NCBI GenBank assembly: GCA_964016885.1
Contig: OZ024743.1
Coordinates: forward strand, 226,796,001 to 226,860,000
Direction of reading: 5' to 3'
Length of the DNA stretch: 64,000 bases
Source of the DNA: Eledone cirrhosa
Lineage: Eukaryota
Positions 52,021-64,000 of the stretch are shown here, one piece after another; position 1 is the first letter of the stretch, and each line of letters opens with the position of its first letter. A program made the position numbers and the translations under genes. The notes under the pieces were generated by a model, which saw only the letters and a program-made list of their open reading frames with translations, did no database searches and was not told the origin of the DNA.

Positions 52021-54529
52021 CACATATGTATACATACATACTTACATACACACATAATGGCTGCAAACTCTGCCAAGAGTAATGCAATCGCTTGTCTGAT
52101 TACAGAAAATTGTGCACTTTTAGGCTACGGCCAGCCACACGACAAGTAATATAACCTGAACAAGCAATGCATGTGTTTTGAAGGGTTTTTAAGTCGGTAA
52201 AGGCCTTGCACTCGACCAATCCTACTCTCTGAGCATCAAAAACACTACCCTAAAAGGAGAACTAGTCAACATCATCGGATGCTTCCGAAGCCGTAGGTTT
52301 TTTTTCAGTGTTTACCTCTCAACTGGGGGCCTTCCACTCCCAGGTGAAAATAAAAATAAAAATATTATTTGCATGGCCGTTAACTTGCTGAGTCCCTCCG
52401 CCCTTCGCCGGGTCTTGTATTTCATCCCCAAGGGTGTCCATATATCACCCTCCTCACCAAGCAAGCACATATATACATACCTACTTACCTACAAACTTAC
52501 TTATGTACATGACCCCCATATATATTTTTATCCCCAGCTGAGTCAGCCGTAGCTCTATATCAAATTTGGATGATCAGCTAATGTAAATAGGCTTCTAAAT
52601 TATGTTTTAGCTTATATTATGTTCCAACAGTAAGTTCGATAAGCGCAAAAGTCAGAAATGATGACGTCATCATCTCTGGTTGCCTGTACTTAGTAGATGG
52701 CACTATTTTGTCAGATTTCAAACTCATAGCTGAAGGCTTTCAAAATGTTTATTTATAATCATAACGTATGTCGCCAGATATGCAACTACACGTATATGTA
52801 TGTATATATCTGTGTGTATATGATGTGTATCTATTAATATATTTATATATTCAGTTCTGAATGACCTGCCTAATACATTGGAATTGAAATGCAACATAAA
52901 TCAATAGGATATTGTCCACTGTTATAATTCACACAAAATTGAGACACAAGAGGAGAAAATGTTTGTGCGACACCATTGCTTAGAAGGTATCCGCTGACTT
53001 GATAAAAGCGCTAGTATTCCAAAGTCATATTGCTATACACTACGATCTTACGGCATGGCCTGACTCGTGAAAAAAATTCTGATTGTTGGACTGACAGTGC
53101 CTTGAGAAGGCAATAAGGAGTGGATACATTAAAATAAGTACATAAAATATGAATAATAAGATAGCCGTTCCAAGGTTGGCATGACAATATGCATTTAATC
53201 CAGATCATACATGGTGGGCATTGGACCTGGGCCGAGAAGTAAAGAGATGATTGAAGAACTGGATGGGTAGACATGAAATCTTCATTACGGATACGGCTAA
53301 AAAGTCTTTAAGTGATATCCCAGCTCTGAGAGCAGAGAGTGAACTCTCAGCAAGTAGATAGGATCACAGTGTCGGGATGATAAAATTGCATCAAATAACA
53401 TCTGGTAATAGTGACATGGGTCACTGGGAAACTTGTGCTACAGATTGGACCATAAAACATGAATATTACCCTGTAGTATGAACAGTTCTTAACACCACTG
53501 TAAGGAGCATAAATACTATCGAAAGATGCCCAAATTATAGGAATAACCAGTCAAATGTACAATTACTTAACGTCTTATTAGTTTCACGCTTGTCGAGAGA
53601 AAGAGAAAGCCAGACGTTTGAAGAATTGAAAAATCATTTAAGAGAAAGGGGAACATGGACAGGCACGTAGTGGGTTAAGTAATATACCACACCACACCCA
53701 GATTACCATGCTAATTAATTGCTAATTTGATGTAACTCTTTAACGGCTCATCTACCTTGACTCCCCCCCCCCCACACACACACACCTAACTTATTGCTTT
53801 AACTTTTTCAAATTTTAAAGTGACATTGTTAATAATTAATTTTATTTTCCTTATTGTTTTAGCTGACTTATTTTTCAAGTAACATTGAAATAATTAATTC
53901 TAGCTTTGCCTGCTTTATCTACTTCTATTGATTTACTTATATAATATCCTCCAATACTGGATTCGACTATACTATTAATTAATAAGTTTAATCTTACTTT
54001 TAATATTTTCGGCTTTAATTTTATATTAGCTCTCCAGTGAAGAGAAAGTTAATTTATTGTGTTCTTCCTAATTTATCTAGATTACTTTCAAGGAGATTAC
54101 TCATTAAGTGTTTCGATCTAATTCTATCCATATTAATTGAACTACGTTATTTTCTAAACTATAAACTAGATATTTTATATTACTACATCAACTTAGTACA
54201 ACACACACATCGCTTGAGATGCTATAACGAGCAGTAACATCGTTCAATCTCCTGCTGATCCAATTCATTCAATTCATCTGGATAAAGTGTGTTAGGATAT
54301 CACTGGTGCCATACTGTATCGACATTTGCCTTTCACATGCACAACATCAGGGGCGTCGAAAGATGAGTCTAGTATGCATAGGAGAGTGATGGTCTTCCAC
54401 ATAAAACCTTGCCCAAGCTTGTGACATGAAGGTGAATTTTCCAGGAGCAAGTCCCATAGTCGTTCCAGATCGAAGGGTGTTTGTATATTTTATATACGTA
54501 CTAGGTGTGGTGATAATTCCGGATATTAT

Positions 54530-54716
54530 AGTGGATTGGCAGTATCAGTAGAGGGTCGGACGCCATGCTTTCCAGCATAATTACGTCCCTTTACAATCTG
54601 AGTTCAAATCCCGCCGAGGTTGACTTTGCCTTTCATCCTTACGGGGTCGATAAAATAAAGTACCAGTAATGCACTGGGTAATAGCTGGCCTTGTGCCTAT
54701 AGTAGAAACAATTATT
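54530..54716 (+). mobile_element. tRNA-derived SINE, same family
   Basis: B-box GTTCAAATCC and conserved central domain. Confidence 0.85.
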
Positions 54717-54837
54717 AAATGTAAAATTATTGTATATGCTTCCATTTATGCCTATATATTTATGTGTGTATATATATATATATAGATAGATACGTACATA
54801 CATACATAGTTACATACAAACATATATATATATATGT

Positions 54838-54904
<67 letters not shown>

Positions 54905-55021
54905 CGTGGGTGTACATGTGTGTGTGTTTGCTTATATCTGATGTACAATCCTGCACGCACGCAAACTCCTCACGCATTACACACATACAGGCACAATCTA
55001 ACATACGAACACATAACCACA

Positions 55022-55060
<39 letters not shown>

Positions 55061-55761
55061 ACATACATATATATGTAAGTTTATTGTTTATTTCCAATTT
55101 AAAGTTTGACTACAAAATAATTGTTTCAAAAGATAAATTTTGGAACAATTTTAACGAAAAGAGAAGCAAACAGAAAATGACAGGAATACACATATTTAAT
55201 TATAGAAGATGATTTATTTCTTCTCAAATTAGAGAAGTTTCCATCAGTCATTTATCTTAGCAAAACACTGTTTTGTTTCTCTATCAATAAATTATCTTGT
55301 GTTTTCTTCATAGGTCAATAATTTTAATGTTTTCACTTGTTTCAAAGGTCGTTTCCACTACACAAACACACTTTTATACATAAAAACATACATACATTCA
55401 CATAAATATATACATACAAACATTTATACAGAAATGCAAACATGCACATTTACCTGCCTACCTACACATATACATACATTCAAATATACATACATATATA
55501 CATACATACGTACATACATACATACATGCCTATGTTACGTTTGCATGTATTCTGTACAAGAGAGACATAGGCATACCAATGTGCGGGAAATGTAGTTTAC
55601 TCTTGGTAGATTTATATATATACTCTGGTAAGCTCGTCAACCAAAGGGCAGCAAAAGCCCTAGTATGGTGGAAGTGGCAGCGAGTAGGAGAATCGACATA
55701 ACAGAGCGAAACCACTTTTGCCTGTTTGAGAGTTGATGAGGTGGATGTGTGTGTGTGTGCG

Positions 55762-55887
<126 letters not shown>

Positions 55888-56270
55888 AATTTGTCTCTTT
55901 CATTGTCTTCTCGGTATAAAAAACTGACAGATATTAACGACAGCAACAGTTGACTGACAAAATCAGGCAATCATATTGGTGGCCACCCCACAATCCCAGC
56001 GGACAGAATGTTTCTTTCTTTCTAACTCACACCTCCTATTAAATCTATGTGCCAACACATCTTTGCTTCTCCTCCTCATCTCTCAATCGTTTTTATATTT
56101 CATCTGACTGTCACTCACCTCGTTTTTCTCTCTATCTGCCACTGGCCACTGATTTCTGTCCTTTGTTAATTTTTTATACCAGACGCTGTCATTGACTGCA
56201 TTTGGCTGTTTTAACTGCTATTCCTGCGTCAACTTTTCTACTTTTTCTATGAATATATATATATATATAT

Positions 56271-56928
<658 letters not shown>

Positions 56929-57016
56929 AATACCAATGAAGGTTGGAAAATCACAGACGAAGGACTATTTTTATCATATGTAACCCATGTGCAACCATGC
57001 AGTATTCTTTCTTCTC

Positions 57017-57095
<79 letters not shown>

Positions 57096-57175
57096 TATAT
57101 ATACATATATAGTGGTAGAACTCTGGAAGGTAATATCCGTAGTGGTAGAGCACTCAGTCAATGGGACGAGTTAGG

Positions 57176-57284
57176 TAGAAGTGGTTACACAACAGTTAGT
57201 TCACCATACAGAGAACAATTGTTTCACCTAAAGTGAAACAATTGTTCTCGGTATAGTAAACTAACTGTTGTGTAACCACTTCTA
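57176..57284. repeat. Hairpin/palindrome, ~52-bp arms with 5-nt loop
   Basis: TAGAAGTGGTTACACAACAGTTAG...GTTTCAC ctaaa GTGAAAC...CTAACTGTTGTGTAACCACTTCTA, few mismatches. Confidence 0.9.
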
Positions 57285-57299
57285 TATATATATATATAT

Positions 57300-59950
57300 A
57301 ACTTTGATAACTTTGATAAGTTTCAGCCAGTTTGGCCCAGGCCATGTCTAACTTAATAGCACCACCTGGCGAAGTCTTTCAAATCAGGATTTGGGCACCA
57401 TGGCGCACTTGAGCAGAGAGTTATTGTTTACGGAGGCATATCCGAGTGTAGGAGGCTTATCCGGGATTTCTTGAAGGAATTTGTCCAAAGATTTCTTGAA
57501 CTTGATGGGGTCTGTTTCTGTTTTAATGTGTTTTGGTGTAATGTTAAAGAGAGCGGGGCCAATTGAGGTGAAATAATTGTGCCATATTGTTATTATGAGA
57601 TGCGAGTGAGATTTTTGTCGTGGGCAGATATCACGGGGCCCAAGCCTTGGGTGTACATTAAAGGTAATGTCAACATCATTTGGGCAAAGCTGATGGAATA
57701 TTTTCCACATCGTGCAGATAATGTAGCGCTTACGGCGACGTTGGAGAGAATCAAGACCTGTCATGCCATCTATCTTTTTTGTAATTGACCTTTGGGGTGC
57801 TTCAACTTTCATGATACTCCCAGGTCTCTGATGTTGTTGGATGCCACTAGAGTTTCACCCGAAAGAAGAGAGTATGGTAGTTTCAGAGCATCGTTTTTCC
57901 AAAGTGGATTAATTTAAACTTATCCTCATTCAATAGCATATTATTCTTTTCTGCCCATTGGATAACAGCCAGTAGTCCGACTGAAAACAAGTCCGGTCAC
58001 CTACCTCATTAATGACCCTTTGGAGCTTGGAATCATCTGCGAAGATTCTTATGTTGCTGTGCTTGATGATGTCAGTAATGTCATTAATGTAGATGAGATG
58101 ATGAAAAGAAGTGGGCCCAACACTGTGTCTCGTGGGACGCCACTTCTGACTTTGGCAGGGCTTGATTTTACTCTTTCGACTACAACATGCTGGGTTCTGT
58201 CTGTCAGGAAACATTTGATCCACTGTAGTAACCCTCCAGAGACACCAACATTGGATAGTTTTTTCAGTAGAATCTTATGATCAACCTTGTCAAAGGCCTT
58301 GCTGAAATCAAGGTAGATGACATCAGTGTTGGAGCCCTCTCCCAAGGCTCTCAAAACTTCGTGAAAGTGATGCAGGAGCCATGTTGGTTTGAGTTCAGCA
58401 AGCCCTTTCTTTCAAGAAAGTGGGTTTTTCGTGATCTCACCACCCTCTCAAATACCTTGATAATAGGTGAGTGAGATCGGACGGTAGTTCACTTATTTCC
58501 CTTTTTGAAGACTGGGACAACAGACTGGGACAGAAAGTTGTCAGGAATATAGCCAGTGTCCAGTGAGTTCCTCTACAGATTAGCAAGAGGAGATGCAAGT
58601 TGGTGTCGACACACCTTCAGGACACAAGCAGGGAACCTGTCGGGGCCTACTGCTGAATTAATTTCGCTTAATTGCCGCTAAGGCATCAGAGGCGCCAAAC
58701 GTTATGTCCGATATAGTGTGTTGTGGATTAACATCACTGATACAGCCCAGATTGGCCATGTCAGGATTGCTGAAAACAGAGCAGTATTGTTTCTGCAGTA
58801 TCTCGCCCATGGCTTTTTGCATTATCTTGGAGTGTGCCATTTTCATCAACTAGAGGGCTAACAGTGGAGACAGTGACCTTATGTGAAAAAAACACTTTGG
58901 GGTTAAGTTTGATTTTCTTAATGGCCCACTTCTCTTCAGCTGTTCTTTGGTTATTGTTGATGGTCTTCATGCATTGTTGGAGGTTATATTTATTTGATTC
59001 AAGCAGGGCGATAGCCGTTCAATGTATGTGTTGCTGCTGGCAGTATTTTAGTGTGTATTTTTTATTTGTTCTTTTTATTCGTCTGATAATTTTTTTCTGT
59101 TTTGGGGGATACTGCACTTAGTTTTGTTCACAGGTTTTGGTGCGGTGTTTTTTGCACATATATTTGTGACAGTGTCTTCAAAGATCTGCCAAGATGTTTT
59201 GATATTGGTGGAAATGTCTGCGTGTGTAAAAGACCAATCAATATGTGATAGTTCGTTTATAATTAGGATTAGCTTTCTGCTGGTGGAATCTCAGGTTATG
59301 AGATGGTCTGAGAAAAGGGTTTTTTTTCTACTGTAATATTATGTAGAGTGTTACTGTGGTTACTAAACACTAGATCCAGAATTTTCTTCTGATGCCTTGT
59401 TTGTGCAAGGACAAGTTGGGACAAGAAACACTCATCCATAAAGTCGAGAAGTGACTCGACTGCTTCTTTTTCAGTGGTTGAGGCTGGAGTGCCTGGTTTC
59501 AAACTGTTTGTAGACCAATCGACACAAGGTAGATTAAAGTCTCCCATCAAAAGTATGTTGCTAGAATGACAATGTTGAATAAAGCACTTAATGCTGTTGA
59601 GGCATTCTTTGAAGCGGATTATGGGTGTTTGAGTGGCCAATAGAGCCCAACTAATATCAGGTCATTGGCTTTGTTGTGCACAGTTGGTTCACAGTAGCCA
59701 TTGGAGAATGTTGTGTTACTGGAAAGGAATCATGTAGGAAAATGACAGTTCCACCCTTCCTTCTGTCAACACGATCCGCACGGATGGTTGTGCAATTCCT
59801 CACTCTTACTTCGGCCTCCAAGTGGGAGTTGTCAAGGTGAGTCTCAGTAAGAATGAAGAAGGTGATGTGAAACGGATGGTTATCAACCCTATCCTAAATG
59901 AATTGGATCTTCCATTTCTCTGCATTAATGGATGGGCTGATACCTTGTGC
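57300..59950 (-). mobile_element. CR1-group LINE (APE + RT), degenerate
   Basis: LLMGDFNLP, LDLVFSN, VIYLDFSKAFDKVDH, SGVP..TVLGPLLF, IFADDSKL, LDSLQRRR. Short tandem tail (TTATCAAAG)x2 on its own strand; many frameshifts. Confidence 0.88.
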
Positions 59951-60067
59951 ATTGAGTAAAAAAAAAAAAATATATATATATATATATATATTACCCACTC
60001 TACTACCCTAAGTATTGAGTACTCTGGTACGTTATGGTCCATATGGTTCCTTACCACAACTCCTTCG

Positions 60068-60135
<68 letters not shown>

Positions 60136-60292
60136 AGAGTCAGGACCCCGACGGCTGAGCTCCGGCCGTTTCGAAAGCTAGAGCAGAACTAAACCACCAC
60201 CAGGCCATCTGGTATCTCACCACACCTTTTTGTATATATATATTAGAAAATGGATGTGAGGTTCTATCCAAAATAGTGGGTATAGAGAATAG

Positions 60293-60944
<652 letters not shown>

Positions 60945-62366
60945 CAAAAGCATTCAATCAATTGTTGTGATGCTAGTTATTGTTGCCAGATGCTAGTTTG
61001 TATTGAGAAAACTTATGATTAAATATGCTCCAGTCATCAATATTTTGTTATTTCAGGAACGCTACTGTCCAATGAATTCATCTTATCTAAAAAGGCGAAT
61101 TATGACACGGATAACCTCCCACCTTGGCTTGAGTGAGTTGCCGTTGCTTTTGTTTAGGCTCAAGTTGATATTGATTGAATAGAACTTTGATCAAGATTTT
61201 CTCAGTCATGGCCTTCCCATCGTAATTTCAAACATAGGATCAAATGATTCTCCAAATCCTTTACTTTTTTCGGAATGGTTTGAAGAATATTTGGCAAACA
61301 TTTATACCAAGTCTGTAACATTGCCGTGTCTTTTTTGCTTCGTCATTTCACTTTAGTTAAAAAATGTACTAATATTACAATGATTTTAATCTAAATCGTT
61401 ATACCACCTCCTTCCTACAGTGCAAATAACAAGTATATATATATTTGTGTGTTAATTAAACAATGTAATATTTGTTGTTGTTGATGTTTTCCTTTTTCTA
61501 GTTTAAAAAATTGTACTTGAAATCATATTAAAAAAGTATCTGACAAATTTAGTTGTTGACAAATTTATTAGCCAATTTATGTAAGTGAGTTAAAACAATT
61601 AAACATAACGGGATGCAATTTCTTTTAAAGATAAAAGAAAACAAGTTAATCTAATAACAAACAAAATGTTAGAAAACTGAAATATGAAATGAATAAATGT
61701 TTTTCTGCCTTAAGTTCTGTTGTCATTAATTCATAATGGCTGTTAAGATACATTATTAGACTAAACTGCAAATTGTCATTACCATTAATTCTCTTTATTA
61801 CAGTAATCCTCATCCGGTGTGAATTTTACCAATAAAGAAGAACGCTAAATATTATGAATCACCAAGGGAGCCTTTACGTGGTCACCCAATCAGCTAGAAA
61901 TAGCAACCAAATCACATCACTGTTAAACTTCTTTAAAAAGAAGGATTCATTTGAAAACGCTGTCGAATATACACATATTCTGAATAAAATACGGAAATAT
62001 ATCGAATAGAATGGTTTCATCATAGGTATATTCAATCAGGCCCGACCTGGGAATTAAACAGCAACAATACCGCTGTGTGCACACATGATTTAGGTAGTCA
62101 TTCAAACTAGAAATTACAGCCAAAAAATCGGCTTAGTCAGCTCAAATCATTTAAGGAGCAGTCACTATAAATATATAAATCTACAAGGTAAACTGTCCCT
62201 AATAGAGTTTCCTCATATACATACATATACACAGATATATAGAGCCTGTTGTATTGTCCAGATTATCTTAGTAGAAAGTTTTTATACAGTATTGGAGTTG
62301 CTACTGTACCATGTGATTTTTACGCTGTATGATTATATGGTATATATTCAGATAGTCCCTTTTCAG

Positions 62367-62471
<105 letters not shown>

Positions 62472-62984
62472 AAATAGATAAAATATTATTAATTTATTAG
62501 TAATTCTTATCCTTTCATTGAGATGTTTATGTATTAGAGACAATTACTTTATAAGGTTGTAAATTAAATATATATATATATATGTAAAATAATAGATAAG
62601 ATATATAAAATATATAAGATATATAATATATATACGAGATATATCTATAAAATTTAATTCATCACTTTCTGCCCATATTTTATTTAGCAGTGATCCGGTA
62701 TGTATGATCATTCTCTTACTTGTGCCATATTCTTTGATGAACTCGCCTCCTGATAATAAAACTTCAGTTCTCTCAGCATTAGTTATTCCAATATCTTGAA
62801 ATTCCAGATGCTGATTCCTTGAGTTTTTGAAACCATGGTTGCGGAATTATATGGGTTAGAATTGATTTTCTTTAAAAAATTTGACTTGTATTCCTCCGCA
62901 ATGTGTGATCTAGGCTTAAGTTTAATATTTTTAATACTTCTCTGAGTGGATTATGGGTTTATTAATTTATTAGTAAAAAAAGAA

Positions 62985-63172
62985 GGCGGTGAATTGGCAG
63001 TATCGGTAGAGGGTTGGACGCCAAGCTTTCTAGCATAGTTACGTACCTTTACAGTCTGAGTTCAAATCCCGCCGAGGTTAACTTTGCCTTTCATCCTTAC
63101 GGGGTCGATAAAATAAAGTACCAATAATGTACTGAGTAATTGCTGGCCTTGTGCCTAAAGTAGAAACAATTA
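62985..63172 (+). mobile_element. tRNA-derived SINE, same family
   Basis: Full head GGCGGTGAATTGGCAG and B-box. Flanked by TTAATTTATTAGTAA / TTAATTTTTTAGTAA (possible TSD). Confidence 0.87.
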
Positions 63173-63465
63173 ATTTTTTAGTAATTCTTATCCTTTCATT
63201 GAGATGTTTATGTATTAGAGACAATTACTTTATAAGGTTGTAAATTAAATATATATATATATATTAATATACATATATATGTATATATATTTATATATAT
63301 ATATATAGTATATATATACTGTATATATATGTATATATGTGTGTGTGAGTATGTGTGTATAGATGTGTATGTATGCGTATTCATATGCATTTATGCAGCA
63401 GTCTATATATATATATATCTATGCATATGTATGTATATGAGATAAACTGTATTAGAGACAGTTTA

Positions 63466-63501
<36 letters not shown>

Positions 63502-63506
<5 letters not shown>

Positions 63507-63590
63507 GTTTCTACGTTTGGCACAAGGCCAGCAAGTACCCAGTGTATTACTGGTACTTTATTTTATCGACCGCGTAGGGAGAAAAGGCAC
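63502..63590 (-). mobile_element. tRNA-derived SINE, 3' fragment
   Basis: Reverse complement of the 3' half of the SINE family. Confidence 0.8.
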
Positions 63591-63818
63591 GAGACGAGAT
63601 CACATAGGAAATATATCTGATGATCTTTCGATTATTGAGTGAGGTTCGGTCAATAGTATGTCGTTCCTCGAGCTGATCGATAGTGGTAATATATTATTAA
63701 ATATGCAACACTGAATCTTTGTTCCTTTATTCTTATAGTATTATACTCTGCTCTGAGCGACCATTCGGTGCTCACCCGGCAATCTGCCTACGGACGCAAT
63801 TTTTCTTGCAACCATACG

Positions 63819-63858
<40 letters not shown>

Positions 63859-64000
63859 TGTGTGTGTGTGTGTTCTTGTGTGTGTGTTTGTGTGTATTTA
63901 TGTGCGTATGTGTGGGTATGTGTGTGTGTAAGTGTACTAACTAGAATCGAACCTATTCTATTATTGATTTGAGAAAATGGGAAAAGCAAGCACAACATCA

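Noticed and set aside
60140-60185. Hairpin followed by GAAAGCTA as a hammerhead
   Set aside because: No CUGANGA core and no stem I.

Overview
AT-rich, microsatellite-dense eukaryotic DNA. A cephalopod (octopus-like) source is inferred from the SINE family and repeat landscape, not proven. No host gene could be confirmed; most ORF-track entries are translated simple repeats. Retroelements dominate. (1) An ~18 kb nest at 11.0-29.5 kb of Tx1/L1-clade LINEs whose intact ends lie in (ATT)n, with an uninterrupted R4/Dong-clade RT-RLE element inserted in the opposite orientation into the (ATT)n tail of one copy. (2) Penelope-like (PLE) fragments in (TA)n. (3) A maT-type Tc1/mariner, a decayed CR1-like LINE, an old Dong-like remnant and several tRNA-derived SINEs. 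The main unexplained signal is a set of small non-coding elements that carry minimal type I hammerhead ribozyme motifs and sit beside or within (TA)n tracts as divergent inverted arms. The clearest (30298-31330) has two longer-than-unit, differently permuted copies of a 466-nt hairpin-rich unit. That is the pattern expected if a circular, self-cleaving RNA (retrozyme-like) was reverse transcribed from both ends of a break. All alignments and folds were done by eye.
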